Source: Dehalococcoidia bacterium (GTDB taxonomy: Bacteria; Chloroflexota; Dehalococcoidia; UBA2979). From it: a DNA stretch of 64,000 nucleotides. This document shows positions 36,164-46,275 of this stretch, one piece after another; the stretch's first letter is position 1; every line of letters starts with the position of its first letter. The DNA lies in assembly GCA_965262725.1 (NCBI GenBank), contig OZ253555.1, positions 2,176,001 to 2,240,000 on the forward strand, given 5' to 3'. Made by a program: the position numbers and the translations under genes. The notes below the pieces were generated by a model that had not been told where the DNA came from, made no database searches, and saw only the letters and a program-made list of their open reading frames with translations.

Positions 36164-37963
36164 ATGGCCGGAGTTGCCGCGCGGGCGCGGAGCGGGGAGG
36201 ACGAGGATCGCCCCGCTCCGCAGGCGGCGGAGCGGCTCTCGCGGATGCGCCACTCCGCCGCCCACGTACTGGCCGAGGCGGTGCTCGAGCGCTTCCCGGA
36301 GGGGAAGTACGCGATAGGGCCGCCCATCGAGCACGGCTTCTACTACGACTTCGAGCTGCCGCGCCCGCTCACGCCCGAGGACCTTCAGGTCCTCGAGAGG
36401 CGGATGCGCAGGACCGTGAAGGCCAACGTCCCCATCGAAGGGCGCCAGATCTCGAAGGACGAGGCGCGCGCCCTCTTCGCCGGCCAGCCCTACAAGCTCG
36501 AGCTCATCGACGAGATCGAGGGCGAGACGGTCGGCCACTTCCGCCACGCGGAGTTCGACGATCTCTGTCGCGGCGGACACACCGAGCGCACCGGGCAGCT
36601 GGGGGCGTTCCGGCTCGACCGCGTCGCCGGTGCGTACTGGCGGGGCGACGAGCGCAACACGATGCTGCAGCGCATCTACGGCCTGCTCTTCGAGACGCCG
36701 GAGGAGCTCGACGCCCACCTCGAGGCCAGGGAGGAGGCGGAGCGCCGCGATCACCGGCGCCTCGGCCGGGAACTCGACCTCTTTCACCTCGACCCCGTCT
36801 CCCCGGGCTCGCCGTTCTATCACCCGCGCGGGACCGTGCTCTACAACGGCCTCGTCGACTACATGCGGGACCTCTACGTCGAGTACGGTTACCAGGAGGT
36901 CATCACGCCGCAGCTCTTCGTGGCGGACCTCTGGAAGACCTCCGGGCACTACCAGAACTTCGCCGAGGACATGTTCCTCTTCGGCGAGGGGGGCTCGGAG
37001 CTCGGCATCAAGCCGATGAACTGCCCCGGTCACTGCCACTACTACCGAACGCGCCTCTACTCCTACCGCGAGCTGCCGCTTCGCCTCGCCGAGTTCTCCC
37101 GGCTCCACCGCAACGAGCGCTCGGGCGTTCTCTCCGGGCTGACGAGGGTCCGCTCCTTCGCGCAGGACGACGCGCACATCTACTGCACGCCGGAGCAGTT
37201 CGAGGGCGAGGTGCGCTCCGTCTTCGAGATGAGCGAGCGCGTCTACTCTGATCTCGGGCTCGGGGACGCGCACATACGGCTCGCGACGATGCCCGAGGAG
37301 AAATACATCGGCGAGCCCGCCGACTGGGAGCGCGCCGAGAGGCTGCTGGAGGCGGCAATTCGGGGCGCGGGCAAGGAGTTCGAGCTGGCACCCGGCGAGG
37401 GCGCCTTCTACGGCCCCAAGATCGAGTTCCATTTCCGGGACGCCCTCGGACGCTCGTGGCAGCTCGGCACGCTTCAGGTGGATCTCGGCATGCCCGCGCG
37501 CTTCGGCCTCACCTACATCGCGGCCGACGGCGCCGAGCATGAGCCGGTGATGCTGCACCGCGCGATCCTCGGCTCGCTCGAGCGCTTCCTTGCCATCTAT
37601 GTCGAGCACACGGCCGGAGAGTTCCCGCTCTGGCTCGCGCCGGTGCAGGCAGTCGTGATTCCCATCGCCGATCGGCACGCCGCGTACGCCGAGGAGGTGC
37701 GAACCGCGCTCGCTCGCCGGCGGCTGCGCACCGAGGTCGACAGCTCGAACAGCCGCATGAACGCAAAGATCCGCGGGGCGCAGCTCCAGAAGATCCCCTA
37801 CATGCTCGTGGTCGGCGACCGTGAGGCGGAGGCGCGCGCCGTCGCCGTCCGCGTCCGGGGCGGTGGGAACCTGGGCGCGCTCCCCCTCGAGGAGGTCGTG
37901 GGGCGCCTCGCCGGGGAGCGCGACACCCGCGCTCTCAAGGGGCTCGGAGCAGCCGCGCCGTAG
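36164..37963 (+). CDS. thrS: Threonine--tRNA ligase (no N-terminal TGS domain)
   Basis: 'RHSAAH', 'DLCRGGH', 'RDHRRLG', 'KPMNCPGH', 'GAFYGPK', 'HRAILGSLERF'. Confidence 0.97.
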   Translation: MAGVAARARSGEDEDRPAPQAAERLSRMRHSAAHVLAEAVLERFPEGKYAIGPPIEHGFYYDFELPRPLTPEDLQVLERRMRRTVKANVPIEGRQISKDEARALFAGQPYKLELIDEIEGETVGHFRHAEFDDLCRGGHTERTGQLGAFRLDRVAGAYWRGDERNTMLQRIYGLLFETPEELDAHLEAREEAERRDHRRLGRELDLFHLDPVSPGSPFYHPRGTVLYNGLVDYMRDLYVEYGYQEVITPQLFVADLWKTSGHYQNFAEDMFLFGEGGSELGIKPMNCPGHCHYYRTRLYSYRELPLRLAEFSRLHRNERSGVLSGLTRVRSFAQDDAHIYCTPEQFEGEVRSVFEMSERVYSDLGLGDAHIRLATMPEEKYIGEPADWERAERLLEAAIRGAGKEFELAPGEGAFYGPKIEFHFRDALGRSWQLGTLQVDLGMPARFGLTYIAADGAEHEPVMLHRAILGSLERFLAIYVEHTAGEFPLWLAPVQAVVIPIADRHAAYAEEVRTALARRRLRTEVDSSNSRMNAKIRGAQLQKIPYMLVVGDREAEARAVAVRVRGGGNLGALPLEEVVGRLAGERDTRALKGLGAAAP

Positions 37964-38040
37964 GGGCGCCCGACCGCGCTCCGCGGTTGCCCGCGCAGGG
38001 GTGCCGTGGCAGTCTGGCGCGTCGCTTCAGGGGGGTCCGC

Positions 38041-39615
38041 GTGTATTTCCGGCGGCTGCTCATAGCCAACCGCGGTGAGATCGCGCTTCGCGTCCAGCGC
38101 ACGTGCCGCGAGCTCGGGATCGAGACGGTCGCCATCTACTCCGAGGCAGACCGCAACTCCCTGCACGTGCGCAACGCCGACGTCGCCGTCTGCGTGGGCC
38201 CGGGACCGGCTGCCGAGTCCTACCTCGTGATCGAGAAGGTGATCGCGGCGGCGAAGGAGACAGGAGCCGACGCGATCCACCCCGGCTACGGCTTCCTCTC
38301 CGAGAACGCCGACTTCGCCGACGCCTGCGAGAAGGCCGGCCTCGCCTTCGTCGGCCCGCCCGGCTCCGCCATGCGGCAGCTGGGCGGCAAGGTCTCCGCC
38401 CGTCGGCTGATGGAGGAGGCGGGCGTCCCGATCGTCCCCGGGGCGAACGACATCGACCCCTCCGACCTGGCGCTCGCTCGCGCCGAGGCGGAGCGCGTCG
38501 GGTTCCCGCTCCTGGTGAAGGCCTCCGCCGGCGGCGGCGGGCGCGGCATCCGCCAGGTCGACGAGCCCGGGCAGTTGGCCGCAGCGATGGATCTCTCCGC
38601 GTCGGAGGCGCGCTCCTCCTTCGGCGACGCGACGATCTTCCTCGAGCGCTACGTGCAGCGGGCGCGCCACATCGAGGTGCAGGTGATGGCCGACTCGCAC
38701 GGAACGGTCCACGCCTACGGCGAGCGCGAGTGCTCCGTGCAGCGCCGCCACCAGAAGCTCGTGGAGGAGGCGCCGTCGCCCGTCGTGACGGCCGAGCTGC
38801 GCGCCCGGCTCTGCGACGCGGCGATCGCCGCCGTCAGGAGCTGCGGCTACCAGAACGCCGGCACGGTCGAGTTCCTGCTCGACGAGGACACCGGGGAGTT
38901 CTTCTTCCTCGAGGTGAACGCGCGCCTGCAGGTGGAGCATCCCGTCACGGAGCTCGTCTACGGGCTCGACCTGGTCGCGCAGCAGCTCGCGGTGGCGGCG
39001 GGCGAGGCGCTGCCTCCCGCCCTCTCGGACGGACCGCCGGAGCCGCGTGGCTGGGCCATCGAGTGCCGCATCAACGGCGAGGATCCCTACGAGAACTTCG
39101 TTCCGTCGCTCGGTCTGGTCCATCACGTCGAGGCGCCGCTCGGCCCGGGCGTGCGCTTCGACTCGATGCTCTTCGATGGACTCGACGTCCCCGTCTACTA
39201 TGACTCGCTGCTCGGCAAGCTGATCGTGTGGGCAGAGGATCGCCCGCTCGCCCTGGCCCGCATGCGGCGCGCACTCGACGACCTGCTCGTGACGGGCATT
39301 GTGACCAACGCGCCGTTCCATCGCGCGCTGATGGAGCACCCCGACTTCATCACGGGCGCCGTGCACACGAAGTGGCTCGAGAGCTCCTTCGTGATGCCGC
39401 CGCTGCCCGCGGAGGATCCCCGCGAGCGGATCGCGCTCATCGCCGGCGCCATCGCCTCCGAGCTTGCGGCGGCGCGCCGCCAGGGTGGTGGGCCCGGCGC
39501 GGCGGGTCCCACCACCAGTCGCTGGCTGCGCGCGGCGCGCTCCCGCGCGAGCGGGCTCCCGATCCGCACGGCGGCCTCGGGCTGGCGCCGCGCCGGCCGT
39601 CGGCGGGCGGGCTAG
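38041..39615 (+). CDS. accC: Biotin carboxylase subunit of an acyl-CoA carboxylase
   Basis: 'LIANRGEIA', 'HPGYGFLSEN', 'RECSVQRRHQK', 'RLQVEHPVTE'. Confidence 0.93.
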   Translation: MYFRRLLIANRGEIALRVQRTCRELGIETVAIYSEADRNSLHVRNADVAVCVGPGPAAESYLVIEKVIAAAKETGADAIHPGYGFLSENADFADACEKAGLAFVGPPGSAMRQLGGKVSARRLMEEAGVPIVPGANDIDPSDLALARAEAERVGFPLLVKASAGGGGRGIRQVDEPGQLAAAMDLSASEARSSFGDATIFLERYVQRARHIEVQVMADSHGTVHAYGERECSVQRRHQKLVEEAPSPVVTAELRARLCDAAIAAVRSCGYQNAGTVEFLLDEDTGEFFFLEVNARLQVEHPVTELVYGLDLVAQQLAVAAGEALPPALSDGPPEPRGWAIECRINGEDPYENFVPSLGLVHHVEAPLGPGVRFDSMLFDGLDVPVYYDSLLGKLIVWAEDRPLALARMRRALDDLLVTGIVTNAPFHRALMEHPDFITGAVHTKWLESSFVMPPLPAEDPRERIALIAGAIASELAAARRQGGGPGAAGPTTSRWLRAARSRASGLPIRTAASGWRRAGRRRAG

Positions 39616-39619
39616 CGCG

Positions 39620-40135
<516 letters not shown>

Positions 40136-40266
40136 CCGTCGGCTGCGCAGCGCCGGGGCACCTCCTCGACCCGATCCGGTCCCAGCGATGCTAGAATGCC
40201 GGTTCGCGGCTCAGGTGGCCGCCGGGGTGCTGCGCCTGCAGGGGAGGCGCGAGACGGGAGTCGTCG

Positions 40267-40827
40267 ATCGCCAAAGATCTCCGCATCAATGAGCAAATCC
40301 AGGTACCGCAAGTCCGCTTGATCCGCGGCGACGACCAGATCGGGATCCTGCCCATCAGGGAGGCACTCCAGATCGCAGTCGAGGCGGATCTCGACCTGGT
40401 CGAGGTGGCGCCGACCGCCGACCCGCCCGTCTGCCGGATCATGGACTACGGCCGTTTCAAGTACGAGCAGAGAAAGCGCGAGCGCGAATCCAGGCGCGCC
40501 TCCAAGCACGTCGAGTTGCGCGAAGTACGTATGAAAGTGAAGATCGGGCAGCACGATGTCGACTTCAAGGCGCGCACCGCGTTGAAACTGCTCAACGCCG
40601 GCGACAAGGTGAAGGTCTCGGTGATGTTCCGGGCGCGGGAAATCACGCACCCGGAGATCGGTGAGCAACTCCTCCGGCGCTTCTTCGAGCAGGTGAGCGA
40701 GTACGCGAGCATCGAGCGCCAGCCCACGATGGAGGGGCGCATCATGTCGATGACGCTCGAGGGCGCGCGCAGGCGTCCCGACGAGGCGTCCGCCAAGGAG
40801 TCTGTCGAGGTCGGGGCGGCGACCTAG
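40267..40827 (+). CDS. infC: Translation initiation factor IF-3 (ATC start)
   Basis: 'RINEQI...VRLI', 'DLVEVAP..PPVCRIMDYG', 'KVKVSVMFR.RE'; GGGAG SD 6 nt before ATC. Confidence 0.96.
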   Translation: MAKDLRINEQIQVPQVRLIRGDDQIGILPIREALQIAVEADLDLVEVAPTADPPVCRIMDYGRFKYEQRKRERESRRASKHVELREVRMKVKIGQHDVDFKARTALKLLNAGDKVKVSVMFRAREITHPEIGEQLLRRFFEQVSEYASIERQPTMEGRIMSMTLEGARRRPDEASAKESVEVGAAT

Positions 40828-40863
40828 GTCGCCGCGGGAGCAGCAGGGGTCGGGGGCGGCGAC

Positions 40864-41070
40864 GTGCCGAAAATGAAGACGCACCGGGGGCTCGCGAAGC
40901 GCGTCAAGGTGACCGGCACGGGACGCGTCCTGGTGATGGGGCATCACCGCAACAACAAGCGCATGAAGAAGCGCGCGGAGAAGCTCTACGCGCTGCGCGG
41001 GATGCATCCCGTCAACGCCACGCACCAGAAGCGGATGAAGCGTCTGCTCCCGTACCACCGCATCGGGTAG
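40864..41070 (+). CDS. rpmI: 50S ribosomal protein L35
   Basis: 'MPKMKTHRGLAKRVKVTGTG'. Confidence 0.96.
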   Translation: MPKMKTHRGLAKRVKVTGTGRVLVMGHHRNNKRMKKRAEKLYALRGMHPVNATHQKRMKRLLPYHRIG

Positions 41071-41113
41071 CGCGGCCTCCCGGAGGCCGGACCCAGATGG
41101 ATAGGGGCCCGAG

Positions 41114-41470
41114 ATGACCCGAGCACGGAACGTCCCGGCACGCCACGCGCGCCGCCGCCGCGTCCTTGAGAAGACCTCCGGCCAGGCCGGGCGCCGCCAC
41201 CGGACATACCGCGTCGCGAACGAAGCGATGCTCCACTCACTTCGCTACGCCTGGGCGCACCGCCGCCTCCGCAAGCGCGACTTCCGCAGGCTCTGGATCG
41301 TCCGCATCAACGCCGCCGCCCGCCTGCATGACCTGACGTATGCCCGGCTGATGCACGGGCTGCACCGCGCCGGCATCGAAGTCGACCGGAAGATGCTGGC
41401 CGACCTCGCGGTGCGCGAGCCGGACGCCTTCGGGCGCCTCGCCGATCGCGCCCGAGCCGCGCTCCCCTAG
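41114..41470 (+). CDS. rplT: 50S ribosomal protein L20
   Basis: 'RKRDFRRLWIVRINAAAR', 'DRKMLADLA'. Confidence 0.97.
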   Translation: MTRARNVPARHARRRRVLEKTSGQAGRRHRTYRVANEAMLHSLRYAWAHRRLRKRDFRRLWIVRINAAARLHDLTYARLMHGLHRAGIEVDRKMLADLAVREPDAFGRLADRARAALP

Positions 41471-41545
41471 GCTCGCGCCGCCCGGGCTCCGCCCCGACCC
41501 CGCTCCCCCCGACCGGGGATGCTCACCCTCGTCCGGGTGCGCCGC

Positions 41546-43981
41546 CTACCTCTGGCGAGCGCCGAATTCCCCGGTGAGGAGACTCACGATGTGCTCCTGC
41601 TCGACCCGGGCGTCCTCGCCGGTGAGCGTCCGGTCCGGGGCCTGGTAGCGGATGGAGAACGCGAGCGAGCGCGTCCCCTCCGGCACCTGCTCCCCCGTGT
41701 AGACGTCGAAGATGCGCGCCTCTGCAACGAGCGGCGAGCGCGCGATCGCGGCGCGCAGCGCCTCCGCCGGGACGGAGAGCGGAGCGATCACGGCCAGATC
41801 CTGCTCCACTGCGGGGAAGCGCGAGATGGGGCGTGCGAGGCGGCGGCTCGCCACGTGCGGTAGCAGGCGGGGGAGATCGATCTCGAACATCATCACCGGC
41901 TGCTCGATGTCGAAGGCGGAGAGCACCCGGGGGTGGACCTCGCCCAGCACGCCAACCTCGGCGCCCCCGACGACGAGGCGCGCCGTCCGCCCGGCGAGCA
42001 TGGCGGGGTCCTCGGCCGGCTCGTAGGAGCACTCGACGCCCAGCTCGCCCAGCGCCGCCTCCAGCACGCCCTTCGCGTCGAAGAAGTCGAGCGGCTGCCC
42101 CGTGGGCATCCCCCAGCGATCGGCGGATGCTCCGGCAATCGCCCCGACCACCTGCTCGCGCTCGTCGGGCAGGGGGCCGTCCGAGATCCGCTCGCGAGCC
42201 ACGTAGACGCGTGCCGCCTCGAAGATCGCGACCTCGAGGAGGCCGGCGCGCAGGTTGCGGGCCACCGTCTCGAGCAGCGCGTGGCGGAGCGTCGGACGCA
42301 TCAGTTCGCGTTCCGCCGAGAGCGTGTTGGCGAGGCGGAGCGGCGCCCTCCGTCGGATCTCCTCCTCCGGGAGCACGCGCGCCAGCACCTCCTCCGTCGT
42401 CAGGGAGTAGTTGATTACCTCGCGCAGCCCCGCCGCCGCGAGCGCGTCGCGCAGCCGCTCCCGCAGCTCCACCAGGGGCTGCGGCTCGTGCGGGGGAACG
42501 CGTCCGCGGATGGTCGTGGCGGGCAGCCGGTCGTAGCCGGCGAGGCGCACCACCTCCTCCGCGACGTCGTCGGCTATGGCAATGTCGGTGCGCCACCACG
42601 GGGGGCGGACCACGAAGCTCCCGGGCGTGTGGTGGACCTCGAAGCCGAGTGCCTTGAGCCACGCCTCCACCTCTCCGTCCTCGAGCGTCAGCCCCGTCAC
42701 GGTGTCGAGGCGCCGGTGGCTCACCTCGATCGGCGGCCGCTCGGGCGGGCTCGGATAGACGTCGACGGCGCCGGGCCGGGGTTGCCCCCCGGCGACCTCC
42801 TGGAGGAGGCGGACCGCCCGCCGTGCTCCCGGGCCGGCGAGCTCGGGCGAGAGCCCGCGCTCGAACCGCGTCGACGACTCGGAACGCAGGGCGAGCCGCA
42901 TCGAGGTGGTGCGGATGCTGGAGGGCTGGAAGCGCGCCGCCTCGAGCAGGATCCGCGTGGTCGACTCGGTGACCTCGGTGTCGGAACCCCCCATCACGCC
43001 GGCGAGCGCGACGGGACCTGCTGAGTCGGCGATCACGAGCATCCCGGCCGAGAGCTCGCGCTCCTCGCCGTCGAGCGTCAGCAACCGCTCGCCGGGGCGT
43101 GCCGCGCGCACTTCGATGCGGGGCACGCCGCCACCGGCCCGCTTCTCGAGGCGGTCGAGGTCGAAGGCGTGGAGCGGCTGCCCGAGCTCCATCAATACGT
43201 AGTTGGTGACGTCGACGACGTTGGAGATCGGCCGCATTCCGGCCGCGCTCAGCCGTTCCTGCATCCAGCGCGGCGAGGGGGCGACCTCGACGTCTTCGAT
43301 CACCGCGCCGATGTAGCGCGAGCAGAGATCAGGGTCGGCGATGGCGATCGAGACGGCCTCCGAGGCCGGCTCTCCGGCCTCCGGGTGTTCCTCGGGCGGG
43401 AGTCTCAGCGCCCCGCCCTCGATGGCCGCAACCTCGCGCGCGATCCCGACCATGCTCATCAGGTCGCCGCGGTTCGGCCAGACGTGGATGTCGAGCACTA
43501 CGTCGCCCAGGTAGTCGGCGAGCGGTCGTCCGACCGGCGCGTTCTCCGGCAGCTCCACGATGCCCTCGTGCTCGTCGGAGAGGCCGAGCTCGCGCTCCGA
43601 GAGCACCATGCCGGCTGACTCGACGCCCCGGATCGTGGCACGGGAGAGCACGGCCGGCTCGCCGGTGCGGCCGTCCCGGATGCGCGCCCCCTCCCGGGCG
43701 AAGGCGACGCGCTGTCCCTCGCGCAGGTTGGGGGCACCGCAGATCACCCGCAGGGGCTCCGCCGCGCCGTCGTCGACCGTGGCGAGCCTGAGGCGGTCGG
43801 CGCGCGGGTGCGCCTCGACGGAGAGGATGCGGCCGACCCGCACGAGCTCCCGATCCCAGTCGCCCCCGACGCGCGACAGGCCCTCGACCTCGGCGGAGGC
43901 CATGGTGAGGCGCCGCGAGAACGCCTCGACGTCGTCGGGCACGTCCACGTACTCCTGGAGCCACTTCAGTGAGACCAGCAT
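41546..43981 (-). CDS. pheT: Phenylalanine--tRNA ligase beta subunit
   Basis: 'SLKWLQEYV', 'CGAPN', 'PNRGD..S..G.ARE', 'GQPLHAFD', FDX-ACB C-terminus. Confidence 0.97.
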   Translation of the reverse strand: MLVSLKWLQEYVDVPDDVEAFSRRLTMASAEVEGLSRVGGDWDRELVRVGRILSVEAHPRADRLRLATVDDGAAEPLRVICGAPNLREGQRVAFAREGARIRDGRTGEPAVLSRATIRGVESAGMVLSERELGLSDEHEGIVELPENAPVGRPLADYLGDVVLDIHVWPNRGDLMSMVGIAREVAAIEGGALRLPPEEHPEAGEPASEAVSIAIADPDLCSRYIGAVIEDVEVAPSPRWMQERLSAAGMRPISNVVDVTNYVLMELGQPLHAFDLDRLEKRAGGGVPRIEVRAARPGERLLTLDGEERELSAGMLVIADSAGPVALAGVMGGSDTEVTESTTRILLEAARFQPSSIRTTSMRLALRSESSTRFERGLSPELAGPGARRAVRLLQEVAGGQPRPGAVDVYPSPPERPPIEVSHRRLDTVTGLTLEDGEVEAWLKALGFEVHHTPGSFVVRPPWWRTDIAIADDVAEEVVRLAGYDRLPATTIRGRVPPHEPQPLVELRERLRDALAAAGLREVINYSLTTEEVLARVLPEEEIRRRAPLRLANTLSAERELMRPTLRHALLETVARNLRAGLLEVAIFEAARVYVARERISDGPLPDEREQVVGAIAGASADRWGMPTGQPLDFFDAKGVLEAALGELGVECSYEPAEDPAMLAGRTARLVVGGAEVGVLGEVHPRVLSAFDIEQPVMMFEIDLPRLLPHVASRRLARPISRFPAVEQDLAVIAPLSVPAEALRAAIARSPLVAEARIFDVYTGEQVPEGTRSLAFSIRYQAPDRTLTGEDARVEQEHIVSLLTGEFGARQR

Positions 43982-44039
43982 CGTCGCTCCTCGGCGTGCG
44001 CACCGGCGGCGCCCCGCGGCGCAGCCGGCGTGTAGGGCC

Positions 44040-45086
44040 TCAGAACTGGCTGAGGAACCGCAGGTCGTTCTGGTAGAAGTGGCGGATGTCCTCCACGCCG
44101 TGGCGCAGCATGGCGATCCGCTCGACGCCCATGCCGGCGGCGAAGCCGGTGTAGCGCTCGGTGTCGTAGCCCGCGGCCTCGAGGATCTCTGGGTGCACCA
44201 TCCCGGCGCCCATGATCTCGAGCCAGCGGCCGCCGCGGCAGACGGTGCAGGCGGAGTCGGTGCCGTCGCAGGCGAAGCAGTCGACGGCGAGCTCGACGCC
44301 GGGCTCGACGAAGGGGAAGTAGCTGTTGCGCAGGAGCACCTGGCGCTCGGAGCCGAAGATCTGGCGCGCGAACTCCCAGAGCGTGCCCTTGAGATCGGCC
44401 ATCGAGATGCCCTCGTCGACGGCGAGCACCTCCACCTGCTGCATCATCCACTCGTGCGTGGCGTCGGTCGCCTCGTAGCGGTAGCAGCGCCCGGGAACGA
44501 CGATCCGGATCGGCGGCTCGTGGCGCTCCATGAAGCGGATCTGCATCGGGCTGGTGTGGGTGCGGAGCAGGAGCCGCCCGGCCCCGCTCGCCTCCTCGTC
44601 GAACCAGAAGGTGTCCCACATGTCGCGCGCGGGGTGGTCCTCGGGGATGCGCAGCCGGTCGAAGTTGTAGCGATCGAGCTCGACCTCCGGACCCTCGACC
44701 GAGGCGAAGCCCATCCGCGCGAAGACGGAGAGGATCTCGCGCAGGGTCTGCGTGATCGGGTGGAGTCCCCCTTTCGGGCGCGCCCGTCCCGGGAGGGAGA
44801 CGTCGAGCGAGCCCTCGGCGAGGGCGGCGAGCGAGCGCTCGGAGAGCTCCAGGCGGCGCCCCTCGAGCGCCTCCTCGAGCGCCACCTTGGCGTGGTTGGC
44901 CGCCTGCCCGAGCTCGCGCCTGAGCTCCGGCGGCTGGTCGCGGAGCGAGCGGAGGATCGCGGTCAGCCGACCGGATCGCCCGAGAACCCGCGTGCGCCAC
45001 TCCTCGAGCGCCCGCTCGTCCGCGGCGCCCGCGAGCGCCGCGCGCTCCTCGGCGAGGGCGGACTCCACCTCCTCGACGCTGCTCAT
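44040..45086 (-). CDS. pheS: Phenylalanine--tRNA ligase alpha subunit
   Basis: 'HPARDMWDTF', 'LLRTHTSP', 'FPFVEP', 'GMGVERIAML'. Confidence 0.97.
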   Translation of the reverse strand: MSSVEEVESALAEERAALAGAADERALEEWRTRVLGRSGRLTAILRSLRDQPPELRRELGQAANHAKVALEEALEGRRLELSERSLAALAEGSLDVSLPGRARPKGGLHPITQTLREILSVFARMGFASVEGPEVELDRYNFDRLRIPEDHPARDMWDTFWFDEEASGAGRLLLRTHTSPMQIRFMERHEPPIRIVVPGRCYRYEATDATHEWMMQQVEVLAVDEGISMADLKGTLWEFARQIFGSERQVLLRNSYFPFVEPGVELAVDCFACDGTDSACTVCRGGRWLEIMGAGMVHPEILEAAGYDTERYTGFAAGMGVERIAMLRHGVEDIRHFYQNDLRFLSQF

Positions 45087-45149
45087 GGGGTCGAGTCTAT
45101 GGGCGGGTGCTGCTCATGGGCTACTCTCGGCGGGTGCGGGAGGGCCTGG

Positions 45150-45700
45150 GTGTCGGCGAAGTGGCACGGTGAGGTCGAGCTTCCCTGGGAGCAGTCGGAG
45201 GCGCTCCGCGAGGAGATCCACGCCTTCATCGCCGGCGAGCGCGGCGAGCGCGCCTGCTTCCTCACAACACTTCGCCGCGACGGCCGGCCCCTGACCCGAC
45301 CGGTCAACGCCCTGGTCACCGACTGGAGCGTCGAGACCGTGACCCAGGACATCCAGTACAAGACGGGCCACGTGCGCGCCAACCCGGTCGTCTCGTACCT
45401 CTGGGTGAGCGCGGAGAGTCGGCCCGGATTCCGCGTGCACGCGCCGCGCTCCGTCTTCCTGGAGGGCCGCGCGCGGCTCCTCGAGCACCCGGCCTCCGTC
45501 GAGGAATTCTTTCGGCGTCGCGTCGCGTCGCGCGGGGCGGGCGCCCCGAGGGGGCGGCGCACCAAGGCGATCCCGACTACCGCCGCTTCCTGATCCGGAC
45601 GCGCCCCGTCTACGTGCGCGCCGAGAGATTCGCCGAGCTCTCGCGCCCCGCGGTCCTGCGCGACTTCCCCGCAGCGGCGCTCGACGCGGGAGGCGAGTAG
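45150..45700 (+). pseudogene. Pyridoxamine-5'-phosphate-oxidase-like (FMN/F420 split-barrel) gene with one apparent frameshift
   Basis: 'FLTTLRRDGRP..RPV', 'K..HVRANP.VS', 'SV.LEGRA'; the family-like C-terminus 'YRRFLIRTRPVYVRAERF' continues in another frame after GGGG at 45534-45537. Confidence 0.7.
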
Positions 45701-45784
45701 CGGCCGTTTGACAGGCACGGCGTCGCGCGTCGAGCATCGGCGCGCCGCCCGGCACATGGGGGCGGCCCGCGGGGAGGGGGTGTG

Positions 45785-46033
45785 ATGGCGATCCGCGGCT
45801 ACGTTCTGGTCGAGACCGAGGTGGGGCGCACGCAGGCGGTGGGGATGGAGCTCCGGCGCCTCACGTCCCAGGCGGCGAAGGTGCTCGCCGTCGACACCGT
45901 GACCGGGCCCTTCGACGTGATCATGCAGCTTGAGGCGGAGGACCTCGACCGCCTCGGCAAGTGCATCACCGACGAGGTCCAGCAGATCGACGGCATCCAG
46001 CGCACCACCACCTGCCTCGCCGTCAACCTCTGA
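45785..46033 (+). CDS. Stand-alone Lrp/AsnC ligand-binding-domain protein
   Basis: 'GYVLVETEVG', 'VTGPFDVI', 'IDGIQRTTT'; strong SD; TTGACA at 45708. Confidence 0.88.
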   Translation: MAIRGYVLVETEVGRTQAVGMELRRLTSQAAKVLAVDTVTGPFDVIMQLEAEDLDRLGKCITDEVQQIDGIQRTTTCLAVNL

Positions 46034-46086
46034 TCGCGAGTCCTGAGCGGTCCCGGCGCCCGCGCCGGGGCGGGAGGATCGGGGCG

Positions 46087-46239
46087 ATGAGCATCAGCGA
46101 CACGCGCGGATTCCTCTACTGGCTCGCGAGGTTGCTCGGCGACGTCAACGCCGTGAAGCGCGGGCGCGTCGGGCGGCGCATCGCGCGGCGCGCCGCCGGG
46201 AAGGCGACCGGCCGGGGTCTCGGCAAGCTCTTCAAGTAG
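46087..46239 (+). CDS. Small basic protein (50 aa), unknown function
   Basis: GGAGG upstream; amphipathic, Lys/Arg-rich; GC3-rich codons. Confidence 0.7.
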   Translation: MSISDTRGFLYWLARLLGDVNAVKRGRVGRRIARRAAGKATGRGLGKLFK

Positions 46240-46275
46240 CCCCCGCTCCCGCCCCCGCGCGGGGCACGGGAGGGC

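Noticed and set aside
40846-41501. Imperfect ~13-bp inverted repeat flanking rpmI-rplT
   Set aside because: Low-complexity G/C runs, likely chance at this composition.
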